Below, piece by piece: positions 1 to 10,451 of a stretch of 64,000 nt of DNA. The DNA is from an uncultured Pseudomonadota bacterium (GTDB lineage: Bacteria; Pseudomonadota; Alphaproteobacteria; JACZXZ01). The notes under the pieces were generated by a model. That model was not told where the DNA came from and made no database searches. It saw nothing but the letters and a program-made list of their open reading frames with translations. Location: the NCBI GenBank assembly GCA_963749075.1, contig CAVVLJ010000016.1, positions 192,001-256,000 of the forward strand. The letters are read 5' to 3'. Numbering within the stretch: position 1 is the first letter of the stretch; every line of letters begins with the position of its first letter. The translations under genes and the position numbers were made by a program.

Positions 1-189
1 GCCGCGGTCCTCATCGTTTCCGAGGACGTGGACGAGCTCTTCGAGATCTGCGACCGCATCGCGGTGATGAGCCGGGGGCGGCTCTCGCCGCAGTACCCTG
101 TCGCAGCGACCACGATCGAGGAGATCGGGCTCCTCATGGGCGGCGGGCCGGCCGCGGGCGGGACGGAGGGGCGCCATGGCGCTTCTTAG
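1..189 (+). CDS. ABC transporter ATP-binding protein, C-terminal fragment (sugar/nucleoside type), truncated by window edge
   Basis: Frame 1 reads AAVLIVSEDVDELFEICDRIAVMSRGRL..., a typical second-NBD C-terminus; stop TAG at 187-189; overlaps next permease. Confidence 0.85.
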   Translation, partial: AAVLIVSEDVDELFEICDRIAVMSRGRLSPQYPVAATTIEEIGLLMGGGPAAGGTEGRHGAS

Positions 190-1261
190 GCTCGAGCCGC
201 GCGCAGCACCCTCGCGGGCCGCGCGCCTGCTCTCCCCGCTCGCGGCGGCGCTTCTGACGCTCGCAGCAGGCGGCCTCCTCTTCGCGGCACTCGGCTATGA
301 CCCGCTTGGCGCCTTCCGCGATTTCTTCGTGCGGCCGCTCTCCTCGACCTACGGGCTCGCCGAGGTGGCGCTCAAGGCTTCGCCCCTTCTCCTCTGCGCC
401 CTCGGCCTCTCGATCGGCTTCCGCTGCAACGTATGGAACATCGGCGCCGAGGGCCAATTCACCATGGGCGCCATCGCGGGCGGCGGCTTGGCGCTGGCCT
501 TCCCGGAGAGCGAGAGCGGCTGGCTGCTCCCCGCCATGCTCGCCGCGGGTGCCGCGGGCGGCATGGCATGGGCGGCCATCCCGGCATATTTGCGCACGCG
601 CTTCAACACGAGCGAGATCCTCTCGAGCCTGATGCTGAGCTATACCGCACTCCTCGTGCTGAGCTACCTCGTGCACGGGCCGTGGCGCGATCCCGCCGGC
701 TACAACTTCCCCCAGTCGCGCCAGTTCGGCGACGCCGCTCTCTTGCCGGTCCTCGTCGCGGGGACGCGCCTCAATGTCGGCTGCCTGGCAGGGCTCGCAG
801 CGCTCGTCCTCGTCTGGCTGCTGCTCGAGCGCAGCTTCATGGGCTTTCAGATCAAGGTGGTCGGCCTGGCGCCGGGCGCCGCGGCCTATGCCGGCTTCAG
901 CCAGACGCGGCTCGTCTGGCTAAGTCTCCTTGCCGGCGGCGCCCTTGCCGGGATTGCCGGCGTCAACGAGGTGGCGGGGCCGATCGGCCAGCTCCTGCCG
1001 CGCATCTCGCCCGGCTACGGCTTTGCCGCCATCATCGTCGCCTTCATCGGGCGGCTCCATCCCTTCGGCATCCTCCTCGCGAGCCTCCTGATGTCGCTCC
1101 TCTATCTCGGAGGCGAGTCGGCGCAAGTGACGCTCGGCCTGCCCTTGGCCGTGGCTGGCCTCTTCCAGGGCATGCTGCTCTTCTTCCTGCTCGGCTGCGA
1201 TTTCCTGGTGCGCTACCGCCTGCGCTTCGCCCTCTCCGCGCGAGCCGGGGCGGCGCCATGA
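176..1261 (+). CDS. Nucleoside/purine ABC transporter permease (BPD_transp_2)
   Basis: Hydrophobic 361 aa with WNIGAEGQ and GYGFAAIIVAFIGRLHP motifs. Confidence 0.88.
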   Translation: MALLRLEPRAAPSRAARLLSPLAAALLTLAAGGLLFAALGYDPLGAFRDFFVRPLSSTYGLAEVALKASPLLLCALGLSIGFRCNVWNIGAEGQFTMGAIAGGGLALAFPESESGWLLPAMLAAGAAGGMAWAAIPAYLRTRFNTSEILSSLMLSYTALLVLSYLVHGPWRDPAGYNFPQSRQFGDAALLPVLVAGTRLNVGCLAGLAALVLVWLLLERSFMGFQIKVVGLAPGAAAYAGFSQTRLVWLSLLAGGALAGIAGVNEVAGPIGQLLPRISPGYGFAAIIVAFIGRLHPFGILLASLLMSLLYLGGESAQVTLGLPLAVAGLFQGMLLFFLLGCDFLVRYRLRFALSARAGAAP

Positions 1262-2187
1262 GCGAGCTCGAGTTCCTCGCGGCGGCGCTGGCGGCCGTGG
1301 TGCGCGCCGGCACGCCGCTCGTGCTCGCCGCACTTGGCGAGCTGGTGAGCGAGAAGGCAGGCGTGCTCAACCTCGGCGTCGAAGGCATGATGCTGACGGG
1401 TGCGGTCGCCGGCTTCATCGCGGCGGCAACGTCTGGCGAGCCGCTCCTCGGCATCGCCGCGGCCGTCCTCGCCGGCATCGCGATGGCGCTCCTCTTCGGC
1501 GTGCTCACCTTGAGCCTCCAGGCCAACCAGGTGGCGACCGGCCTGGCGCTGAGCATCTTCGGCACGGGCCTCAGCGCCTTCGTCGGCCGCGGCTATGTCG
1601 ACGTGATGCTCGCCGGGTTGAAGCCGCTGGCGCTCCCCGGCCTCTCGCAGCTGCCGCTCGTGGGCCCGCTCTTCTTCGACCAGGATCTCCTCGTCTATGC
1701 CTCGGTGGCGCTGCTTTGGGCCGTCCACCGCTTCCTCGCCCATAGCCGTGGCGGCCTCGTGCTGCGCGCCGCCGGCGAGGCGCCGGAGGCGGCCCATGCG
1801 CTCGGCTATCCGGTCGTCCGCATCCGCTACCTCGCCGTGGCGTTCGGCGGTGCCATGAGCGGGCTCGCCGGCGCCTATCTCTCGCTCGCCTATACGCCGA
1901 TGTGGACGGAGAACATGACCGCCGGCCGCGGCTGGATAGCACTTGCGCTCGTCGTCTTCGCCACCTGGAAGCCGCTCCGCCTCCTGCTCGGCGCCTATAT
2001 CTTCGGCGGCGTCAGCATCCTCCAGCTCAACATCCAGGGCGCCGGCCTGCCCTTTCCGCCCGACCTCCTCGCCGCACTCCCCTATCTCGCCACCATCCTC
2101 GTGCTCGTGCTCATCTCGCGCGACGCCCGGCGCATCCGCCTCAACGCCCCCGCCGCACTCGGCAAAGCCTTCCGGCCGGCGGAGTGA
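1258..2187 (+). CDS. Nucleoside/purine ABC transporter permease 2
   Basis: ATGA overlap at 1258; SEKAGVLNLGVEGMM and GRGWIALALVVF motifs. Confidence 0.88.
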   Translation: MSELEFLAAALAAVVRAGTPLVLAALGELVSEKAGVLNLGVEGMMLTGAVAGFIAAATSGEPLLGIAAAVLAGIAMALLFGVLTLSLQANQVATGLALSIFGTGLSAFVGRGYVDVMLAGLKPLALPGLSQLPLVGPLFFDQDLLVYASVALLWAVHRFLAHSRGGLVLRAAGEAPEAAHALGYPVVRIRYLAVAFGGAMSGLAGAYLSLAYTPMWTENMTAGRGWIALALVVFATWKPLRLLLGAYIFGGVSILQLNIQGAGLPFPPDLLAALPYLATILVLVLISRDARRIRLNAPAALGKAFRPAE

Positions 2188-2243
2188 GGCGATACGCCGC
2201 GCGCCCGTGGCTCCGGATCAAAGCCTTTAGCCCGGGGGCGATC

Positions 2244-2394
2244 TCCCTCGCCTCCTTCAGGAGGAGGGTCGGGGTGAGGAGGCGCTCGGGCCAATCGCGT
2301 CGGAGGCCGTATGCACTCGCTGCGGCCAACCTCCTCACCTTCCCATCCCTTCGCGATGGGCCCCTTCCTCTCCTCCCGAAGGAGGATAGGAGGG
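2244..2394. repeat. Dispersed palindromic repeat family A (~150 bp, MITE/REP-like)
   Basis: CCTCCT-N-AGGAGG terminal hairpins; internal sequence shared with copies at ~35.6 kb (inverted) and ~53.0 kb. Confidence 0.8.
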
Positions 2395-2414
2395 AACTCT
2401 CGCCGGCTCCGCCC

Positions 2415-2464
2415 TTGACAGCCCCGCCACCCTTCGGGCACAAATTGTTCGTACACGAACAATT
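2415..2464 (+). promoter_or_regulatory. Promoter (-35 TTGACA) and palindromic operator AATTGTTCGT-AC-ACGAACAATT upstream of the nicotinate cluster
   Basis: TTGACA at 2415-2420; perfect 10-bp inverted repeat at 2443-2464; related site upstream of enamidase. Confidence 0.7.
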
Positions 2465-2487
2465 CGCCGCGGGCTAGGGACGGCAGC

Positions 2488-3330
2488 ATGGGCGGCTACT
2501 TGCGCCCGACGAACCTCGATGACGCGCTCTTGGCGCTTGCCGAGAGGCGGCTGAGCGTGCTCGCCGGCGGCACGGACTTCTATCCCGCCCGCGTCGGCCG
2601 GCCGCTCTCGGACGACGTGCTCGACATCACCGGCCTCAAGGCGCTCAAGGGCATCCGCCGCGAGGACGGCTTCTGGCGCATCGGCGGGCTCTTCAGCTGG
2701 AGCGAGCTCGTGCGCAGCACGCTGCCGCCCGCCTTCGACGGCCTCAAGGCGGCAGCACTCGAGGTGGGCGGCGTGCAGATCCAGAATGCCGGCACCCTCT
2801 GCGGCAACGTCTGCAACGCCTCGCCCGCGGCCGACGGCGTCCCCAACCTCCTCGTGCTCGACGCCGTCGTCGAGCTGGCCTCGGCCGCGGGCATCCGCCG
2901 GCTGCCGCTCGCCGACTTCATCACGGGCAACCGCACGACGGCCTTGCGGCCGGACGAGCTGGCGACGGCACTCCTCGTCCCGCACGTGCCGCGGCCGGCG
3001 CGGAGCCGCTTCCTCAAGCTCGGCGCGCGCAAGTATCTCGTCATCTCGATCGTCATGGCGGCGGCGCTTGTCGAGGCGGGCGAGGACGGCCGCGTGGCGG
3101 CCGCGCGCGTGGCGGTGGGCTCTTGCTCCGCCGTCGCCAAGCGCCTGTCGGCGCTCGAGGCGGAACTCGCCGGCCGCCCGCTCGACGGCCGGCTCGGCGA
3201 GGCCGCGAGCGAGGCGCATCTCGAGCCGCTCAGCCCCATCGACGACATCCGCGGCAGCGCTGCCTACCGCCGGGACGCGGCGTTGACGCTGGTGCGCCGC
3301 GCGCTCAACGAGCTCGGAGCCGCCCCGTGA
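2488..3330 (+). CDS. Molybdenum hydroxylase FAD-binding subunit (probable nicotinate dehydrogenase medium subunit)
   Basis: LAGGTD, QIQNAGTLCGNVCNASPAAD, DDIRGSAAYRR motifs of the CoxM/XdhA FAD family; cluster context. Confidence 0.88.
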   Translation: MGGYLRPTNLDDALLALAERRLSVLAGGTDFYPARVGRPLSDDVLDITGLKALKGIRREDGFWRIGGLFSWSELVRSTLPPAFDGLKAAALEVGGVQIQNAGTLCGNVCNASPAADGVPNLLVLDAVVELASAAGIRRLPLADFITGNRTTALRPDELATALLVPHVPRPARSRFLKLGARKYLVISIVMAAALVEAGEDGRVAAARVAVGSCSAVAKRLSALEAELAGRPLDGRLGEAASEAHLEPLSPIDDIRGSAAYRRDAALTLVRRALNELGAAP

Positions 3331-6123
3331 ACGCCGAGCAGCCCCTCTTGAGCTTCGAAGTCAACGGCCGCCGCGTCACGCTTGCCGTCTCTCCGACGGC
3401 ACGGCTGGCCGAGGTCTTGCGCGAGGAGCTGGGCTTGACCGGCACCAAGGTCGGCTGCAACGCGGGCGACTGCGGCGCCTGCACGGTGCTGGTGGACGGC
3501 GAGCAGATTTGCGCCTGCCTCATGGCCGCCGGGCAGGCGGCGGGCCGCAAGGTCGTCACGGTCGAGGGCCTGGCCCAAGGCGGTGCCCTCAACGCGCTGC
3601 AGCTCGCCTTCCATCGCCACGGCGCCGCGCAATGCGGCATCTGCACGCCCGGCATGCTGATGGCGGCGAGCGATCTCCTCGCGCGCAATCCGCGGCCCGA
3701 CGAGCGGGCGGTCAAGGATGCTCTCGGCGGCGTGCTCTGCCGCTGCACCGGCTACCGCAAGATCATAGACGCGGTGCTCGCCGCCGCGGAGGGCTCGCAT
3801 GCTCCGGAGCCCGAGGCGCCGGCAGCCGGCCGCGCCGTCGGCGCCCGCCTCGCCAAGACCGACGGCATCGCCAAGCTCACCGGCACCGAGCGCTTCGGCG
3901 ACGACGCAGCGCCCGCCGACGCCCTCTCCTTGCGCGCCGTGCGCTCGCCCTACGCCAGCGCGCGCTTCACCATCGGGCCGCTCGACGAGCTGCGACGCCG
4001 GCATCCGGGCCTCGTGCGCGTGCTCACCGCCGAGGACATCCCCGGGCAGAACCGCTTCGGCATCTATCCCGACATCAAGGACCAGCCGGTGCTGGCCGAG
4101 GGCTGCGTGCGCTTCCGCGGCGAGGCGGTTGTGGCACTCGTGGGCGACGCCGCAACGATCGCCGCCATCGCCGACGAGGAGGTGCCGATCCGCTGGCAGC
4201 CCCAGGCGCCGCTCACCGGCATTGCCGCGGCCATGGCGCCGGGCGCACGGTGCCTTCACGAAGATCACCCGGACAACGTGCTGGTGCGCGGCCGCGTTCA
4301 GTCGGGCGACCTCGCGGCGGGCTTCGCCAAGGCGGCGGCGGTGGCCGAGGGCAGCTTCTCGACCGCCTTCGTCGAGCATGCCTATATCGAGCCCGAGGCC
4401 GGTTATGCGCGGCGCGTCCGCGGTGCCGGCGGCGAGGACCGCATCGAGATCGTCGCCTGCACCCAGACGCCATACATGGACCGCGACGAGCTCGCCCTCG
4501 TGCTGGGCCTGGCACCGCGGCAGGTGCGCATCGTGCCGACGGCCACGGGTGGCGGCTTCGGCGGCAAGCTCGACCTCTCGCTCCAGCCGCTCATCGCGAC
4601 GGCGGCCTGGCTCCTCGACCGCCCGGTGCGCGCAGCCTACACGCGGCCCGAATCCATGGCGGCCACGACCAAGCGCCATCCCGCCGAGATCACGGCGCGC
4701 TTCGCCTGCGACGCGCACGGGCGCCTGACCGCCGTCGAGTTCCACGGCGACTTCAACACCGGCGCCTACGCCTCCTGGGGCCCGACGGTCGCCAACCGCG
4801 TGCCTGTGCATGCGAGCGGGCCCTACGCCGTGCCCGCGGTCAAGGCGACGACGCGCGCCGTCTACACCAACGAGACGCCGGCCGGCGCCTTCCGCGGCTT
4901 CGGCGTGCCCCAGGCCGCCATCGCCCACGAGGCGCTGATGGACGAGCTCGCCGAGCGGCTCGCCATCGACGCGCTCGAGTTCCGCCGCCTGAACGCGCTA
5001 CGCCCCGGCGCGCTGACCGCGACCGGCCAGCGGCTTGAGGCGAGCGTCGGCCTCGTCGCCTGCCTCGATGCGCTCGAGCAGCACTGGCACGCGGCGCTCG
5101 GCACCGCCGCGGCCTTCAACGAGACGGGCGGCGTGCGCCGGCGCGGCGCCGGCATCGCCTGCATGTGGTACGGCATCGGCAATACCTCGCTCTCCAACCC
5201 CTCGACCATGACGGTCGGCATCGACGGTAAGGGCCGCCTCACGCTCTACAACGGCGCCCTCGACATCGGCCAGGGCTCCAACACCATCATGGTGCAGATC
5301 TGCGCCGACGCGCTCGGCATCGCCGCTTCCGAGTTCGCCCTCGTCACGGGCGACACCGACCTCACGGCGGACGCGGGCAAGACCTCCGCCTCGCGCCAGA
5401 CCTTCGTCTCCGGCAAGGCGGCCCAGCTCGCGGGCGAGGATCTGCGCCGGCAGAATCCTGCGCCTCGCCAACGTGGGGCCCGCGGCGGCGATCCGCCTCG
5501 AGGGTGCCTCGCTCCTGGTGAGCGAGGGCGGCGTGCGCCACAGGATCGACCTTGCGGCCTTGCAGACAAGCGCGAACGGCGACGTGCTCACGGGGCGCGG
5601 CCATTTCGACCCGCCCACCACGCCGCTCGACGAGAACGGCCAGGGCGAGCCCTACGCCAGCTACGCCTTCGCGGCGCAGATGGCGGAAGTCGAGGTCGAT
5701 CTCGAGCTCGGTACCGTGCACGTGCTGCGCATCGTGGCCGCCCACGACGTCGGCCGCGCCGTCAATCCGACCCAGGTCGAGGGCCAGATCCACGGCGGCA
5801 TCGCGCAAGGGCTCGGCTTAGCACTCATGGAGGAGTTCATCCCCGGGCGCTCGGAGAACCTGCACGACTATCTCATCCCCACCATCGGCGACGTGCCGCC
5901 GATCGAGACCATCCTCATCGAGGATGCCGACCCGCTCGGACCCTTCGGCGCCAAGGGCATCGGCGAGCCGGCGCTCATCCCCACGGCACCGGCGATCTTA
6001 GGTGCCATCTACCGTGCGACGGGCGTGCGCATCCGCCGCGTGCCGGCGACGCCCGACCGGGTGCGCGCGGCACTGCTCGCCGCCGGAAAGGGATCGGGGA
6101 GAGGAGGAGAGGGCGATGGCTGA
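3327..6123 (+). CDS. Fused 2Fe-2S + molybdopterin-binding subunit (probable nicotinate dehydrogenase); +1 frameshift at ~5454, probably a sequencing error
   Basis: GCNAGDCGAC and QCGICTPG Fe-S motifs; GGGFGGK, AFRGFG, GAKGIGE Moco motifs; removing one A in CAGAATCC joins ORFs 3123 and 5473 (..RRQILRLAN..). Confidence 0.85.
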
Positions 6124-7633
6124 GGCAGCACTGGAGGCCAAGGCGGGGAGCGACGGAGGCATCGTCACCTGCGACGCCTGTCCGGTGCTCTGCCGCATCC
6201 GGCCGGGCCGCACCGGCGCCTGCGACCGCTACGGCAACGTCGCGGGTGCGCTCACCCGCCTGGACGCCATGGTGCTCGCGCAGAAGACCGTCGACCAGGA
6301 GGGCGCGCTCGTGCCCTTCCTCGCCGGTGGGCAGGGCGAGGGCGGCTTCATCGCCGCAGCACCCGTGACCGCGGACAGGCACTTCCTCACCGGCATCGGC
6401 TCGGGCACCACCTATCCCGACTACAAGCCCGCACCCTTCATCGTGGCGAGCGAGCATGCCGGCGTCGACATGGTGACGGTGGTGACCGAGGGCATCTTCA
6501 GCTACTGCGGCGTCAAGCTGAAGATCGACACCGACCGCTACGTCGGCCCCGAGCAGGCGGCGGTGCGCGCCGAGGGCGAGCAGGTCGGCCACGTGACCAC
6601 GGCGGAATACGGCTCCCAGATGCTGGCTATCGGCGGCGTGCGGCACCTCACCGGCGGCAGCAAGAAGGAGGGCGTGGTCGCCTGCAAGACCATGCTCGGC
6701 CTCTGCAACAAGGAGGCGGTCGAGCTCGCGGTCGAGGGCGGTGCCCGGCTCACGGTCCAGGCGGGAAAGCCGCCCGTCATCGACGGCGTCGTCGAGGAGC
6801 GCATGCGCGTCGGCTGCGGCTCCGCCACCATCGGCATCTTCGCCAAGCAATGGCACGGCCACGTCGACGAGGTGGTGGTGGTCGACGACCACATCACCGG
6901 GGTCTTGAGCGAGCACCAGGCGGGCCGCTTCCTCGATCTGCCGCACGCCGGCATCCGCGTGCGCGGCCGGCGCTCGACGCCGGGTCGCTATTTCCAGGTG
7001 GCCGAGCCGGGGAGCGGCTGGGGCGGCACCGCCGTCGAGGACCCGCTCGCCATCATCGAGACGATCGATGCCAAGACCGCTTGGCCGGGCCTGCGCCTCC
7101 TGATGGTGAGCACCACGGGCGAGGACGCCGAATATTTCGTGCTCGACGAGGCGCTCAAGCCGGTCAAGGCGGCGATGCCGGAGGCCGTGCGCAAGGTGGT
7201 GGAGCGCATCGGCGAGAACTGCGAGCCGGCACTCGTCTCCGTGCTCTTCATGGCGGGCGCCGGCGGCTCGCTGCGCGCCGGCGTCACCGAGAACCCGGTC
7301 AAGCTCACGCGCTCGGTCAAGGAGGCGCTCGCCCGCGTGACCTCGGGCGGCGCTCCCGTCTATGTCTGGCCCGGCGGCGGCATCACCTACATGGTCGACG
7401 TGACGCGCATGCCTGACAACGCCTTCGGCCACGTGCCGACGCCGGCGATCGTGGCGCCCATCGAGTTCACCATGCGGCTCGAGGATTACCGCGAGCTCGG
7501 CGGCCATATGGCGAGCGTGCGCCGCCTCGAGGAGATCGGCCGCGTCGACCGCTTACGCGTGACCGCCTGGCACGAGGGCAATCCCTGGCCCTTCGATGCG
7601 CAGCAGGCAGCCAAGCGCCGGACAGAGACATGA
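6116..7633 (+). CDS. hnr: 6-hydroxynicotinate reductase-like Fe-S protein
   Basis: N-terminal CDACPVLCRI..GACDRY, GTTYPDYKPAP, MRVGCGSAT and WPGGGIT motifs; same cluster as enamidase. Confidence 0.8.
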   Translation: MAEAALEAKAGSDGGIVTCDACPVLCRIRPGRTGACDRYGNVAGALTRLDAMVLAQKTVDQEGALVPFLAGGQGEGGFIAAAPVTADRHFLTGIGSGTTYPDYKPAPFIVASEHAGVDMVTVVTEGIFSYCGVKLKIDTDRYVGPEQAAVRAEGEQVGHVTTAEYGSQMLAIGGVRHLTGGSKKEGVVACKTMLGLCNKEAVELAVEGGARLTVQAGKPPVIDGVVEERMRVGCGSATIGIFAKQWHGHVDEVVVVDDHITGVLSEHQAGRFLDLPHAGIRVRGRRSTPGRYFQVAEPGSGWGGTAVEDPLAIIETIDAKTAWPGLRLLMVSTTGEDAEYFVLDEALKPVKAAMPEAVRKVVERIGENCEPALVSVLFMAGAGGSLRAGVTENPVKLTRSVKEALARVTSGGAPVYVWPGGGITYMVDVTRMPDNAFGHVPTPAIVAPIEFTMRLEDYRELGGHMASVRRLEEIGRVDRLRVTAWHEGNPWPFDAQQAAKRRTET

Positions 7634-8505
7634 TCGCGGCGCAACTCCTCCCCGACGGCCGCCGGCTCCATCTCCAGCATGGCCCGATCGATCTCGTCAT
7701 CGAGGCCTGGGGCAGCACGGGCGAGGTCGCGCGCGCCTACGGCCAGGCGCAAGCCTGCTTCCGCGGCCTCCTGGCAACTTTGGTCGGCGAGCTGGCGCTC
7801 CTCAAGGCGCCGCTGGGCGCCGCCTATCCGCGCGCCGAGGGGGCGGTGGCGCGGCGCATGGTCGCCGCCTGCTGGCCCTACCGCGAGGTGTTCATCACGC
7901 CGATGGCTGCCGTCGCCGGTGCGGTGGCCGACGAGGTGCTGGCCGCACTCACGGCCGGCCGCACGCTTGCGCGCGCCTATGTCAACGACGGCGGGGACAT
8001 CGCTTTTCACTTGGCGCCGGGCGAGCGGCTGAGCGCCGGGGTCGTGGCGGACGTGGCGGCACCCTTGCTCTTCGGGACGCTCGATCTCGGCGCCGAGATG
8101 CCGGTGCGCGGCATCGCCACGAGCGGGCGGGCCTGCAAGGGCCAGGGTGGGCGCAGCTTCTCGCTCGGCATCGCCGATTCGGTGACGGTCCTCGCGCGCG
8201 ATGCCGCTGCGGCCGATGCGGCGGCGACCGTCATCGGCAATGCGGTCGATATCGAGCATCCGGCGATCCGCCGGCGTCCCGCCGCGGAGATCGATGCGGA
8301 GAGCGACCTCGGCGAGATTGCGGTTACGGTCGGCGTCGGCCCACTCGAGCCCCGCGCGGTCGCCGCGGCGCTCACGAAGGGTGCTGCGCTCGCGGAGCGG
8401 CTCGCCCGCGCTGGACAGATCCATGGCGCGGTCCTTACCTTACGGGGCGAGTGCCGCGTCGCGGGCGGCGGCCGGCTCGGCATCGCAGCACCGCAAGCCG
8501 CCTAG
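7630..8505 (+). CDS. UPF0280 family (ApbE-like) protein
   Basis: LHLQHGPIDL, TPMAAVAGAVAD, GGDIA, ATSG..GRSFSLGIAD motifs. Confidence 0.8.
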   Translation: MIAAQLLPDGRRLHLQHGPIDLVIEAWGSTGEVARAYGQAQACFRGLLATLVGELALLKAPLGAAYPRAEGAVARRMVAACWPYREVFITPMAAVAGAVADEVLAALTAGRTLARAYVNDGGDIAFHLAPGERLSAGVVADVAAPLLFGTLDLGAEMPVRGIATSGRACKGQGGRSFSLGIADSVTVLARDAAAADAAATVIGNAVDIEHPAIRRRPAAEIDAESDLGEIAVTVGVGPLEPRAVAAALTKGAALAERLARAGQIHGAVLTLRGECRVAGGGRLGIAAPQAA

Positions 8506-8526
8506 ATCAGGAGAGGAGACCATGCG

Positions 8527-9114
8527 ATGACGCTCCCGCGCATTCGCAAGCTGATCACGGTCGTCGAGGAGACGCGGCGCGAGATGGGCGAGGCGGTCGA
8601 GCCGCCGACGCGCAAGGCGGCCGCGATCGCGGTGATCGAGAATCCCTTTGCCGGGCGCTCCGTTGCCGACCTCGAGCCGCTCATCGCCATCGGCGAGGGT
8701 TTGGGCGGCATGCTGGGAAAACGCGCCGTAGCCGCCCTCGGCATCGCACCCGGTGAGGCGGAGAGCTACGGCAAGGCGGCGGTGGTGGGCGAGGCCGGCG
8801 AGCTCGAGCATGCCGCGGCCATCCTCCATCCGCGCCTGGGCAAGCCCTTGCGCGAGGCGGTCGAGAAGGGGGCGGCACTGGTGCCGTCGGCCAAGAAGAT
8901 GGGCGGCATCGGCACCGCCATCGACGTGCCGCTCGGCCACAAGGACGCGGCCTACGTGCGCACGCACTTCGATGCCATGGAGGTGCGCGTCCCGGATGCA
9001 CCTCGCGCGGGCGAGATCCTCGTCGCCGTGGTGGTGACCGACAGCGGTCGCCCGCGCCCGCGCATCGGCGGCCTGACCAAGGACCAGATCAAGGGCGAGG
9101 ACGGCCTGCGCTGA
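8527..9114 (+). CDS. Amino acid synthesis family protein (DUF1185)
   Basis: AVIENPFAG, ESYGKAAVVGEAGELEH, RTHFD, GRPRPRIGG motifs. Confidence 0.8.
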   Translation: MTLPRIRKLITVVEETRREMGEAVEPPTRKAAAIAVIENPFAGRSVADLEPLIAIGEGLGGMLGKRAVAALGIAPGEAESYGKAAVVGEAGELEHAAAILHPRLGKPLREAVEKGAALVPSAKKMGGIGTAIDVPLGHKDAAYVRTHFDAMEVRVPDAPRAGEILVAVVVTDSGRPRPRIGGLTKDQIKGEDGLR

Positions 9115-9167
9115 GACGCCATCGCAGCGCGCGAGCAAACGGGACAACCGAGGAAGGAGTGCTCACC

Positions 9168-10379
9168 ATGATCGAGCGCAGAACGTTTCTGGCGGGTGCC
9201 GCGGCGCTCGCCGCGGGCTCGCTTGGCGGCCTGGCCGTGGCCGCGGCGGCGGAGCCCATCAAGATCGGCGACGTCAACAGCTATACCGGTCTTCCCGCCT
9301 TCACCGTGCCCTACCGCAACGGCTGGCAGATGGCGCTCGCGGAGATCAACGCCGCGGGCGGCATCGGCGGCCGTCCGCTCGAGGTCGTCTCCTACGACGA
9401 CGGCGGCAAGCCCGAGGAGGCGGTCAACCGCGCCGAGCAGCTCTTGAGCAAGGACCGCGTGGTCATGCTCATGGGCACCTTCTTCTCCAACATCGGACTC
9501 GCGGTGGCGAGCTTCGCGGCGCAGAACAAGGTCTTCTTCATGGCCGCCGAGCCGCTCACCGACGCGATCACCTGGGAGAAGGGCAACCGCTACACCTTCC
9601 GCCTGCGCCCCAATACCTACATGCAGGCGGCGATGATGGCGGACGAGGCGGCGAAATTGCCGGCCAAGCGCTGGGCCACCGTGGCGCCCAATTACGAGTA
9701 CGGCACCTCGGGCGTCGCCGACTTCAAGAAGCTCCTCGCGGCCAAGCGGCCGGACGTGCAATGGGTGGCCGAGCAATGGCCGGCGCTCGGCAAGCTCGAC
9801 GCCGGCGCCACGGTCGAGGCGCTCGCGGCGGCCAAGCCGGACGCCATCTTCAACGTGCTCTTCGGCGGCGATCTCGCCAAGTTCGTGCGCGAGGGCAACA
9901 CGCGCGGGCTCTTCAAGGACCGCGCGGTGGTCAGCATGCTCACGGGCGAGCCCGAGTACATCGACCCGCTCAAGGACGAGACGCCCAAGGGCTGGATCGT
10001 CACCGGCTATCCCTGGTACGCCATCAAGACACCGGCCCACGAGAAGTTCCTCAAGGCCTATACCGCCAAATACAACGACCACCCGCGCATGGGCTCGCTC
10101 GTGGGATACAACACGCTGCTCTCCGTCGCGGCGGTGCTCGAGGCCGCCGGCAGCACCGACTCCGAGAAGCTCGTCAAGGCGGCCGAGGGATTGAAGCTCG
10201 CGACGCCGTCCGGCCAAGTCGTCTTCCGCGCCATCGACCATCAATCGACCATGGGCACCTGGGTCGGCAAGACCGACGTGAAGGACGGCGAGGGCATCAT
10301 GGTCGACTGGCACTATGCCGACGGCGCCGATTTCCTGCCGAGCGACGCGGAAGTGAAGAAGATGCGGCCGGCCGAGTGA
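9168..10379 (+). CDS. ABC transporter substrate-binding protein (branched-chain amino acid type), Tat-like signal
   Basis: ERRTFL signal; PBP1 motifs EINAAGG, DDGGKP, RAIDHQSTMG. Confidence 0.88.
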   Translation: MIERRTFLAGAAALAAGSLGGLAVAAAAEPIKIGDVNSYTGLPAFTVPYRNGWQMALAEINAAGGIGGRPLEVVSYDDGGKPEEAVNRAEQLLSKDRVVMLMGTFFSNIGLAVASFAAQNKVFFMAAEPLTDAITWEKGNRYTFRLRPNTYMQAAMMADEAAKLPAKRWATVAPNYEYGTSGVADFKKLLAAKRPDVQWVAEQWPALGKLDAGATVEALAAAKPDAIFNVLFGGDLAKFVREGNTRGLFKDRAVVSMLTGEPEYIDPLKDETPKGWIVTGYPWYAIKTPAHEKFLKAYTAKYNDHPRMGSLVGYNTLLSVAAVLEAAGSTDSEKLVKAAEGLKLATPSGQVVFRAIDHQSTMGTWVGKTDVKDGEGIMVDWHYADGADFLPSDAEVKKMRPAE

Positions 10380-10404
10380 GGCTGCGTCGGCGCCGCGTTG
10401 AAAT

Positions 10405-10445
10405 CTCCCTCTCCCCCTTGATGGGGAGAGGGTCGGGGTGAGGGG
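10405..10445. repeat. Family A repeat, half element
   Basis: CCCTCTCCCC-TTGAT-GGGGAGAGGG followed by TCGGGGTGAGGGG. Confidence 0.7.
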
Positions 10446-10451
10446 CCTCGC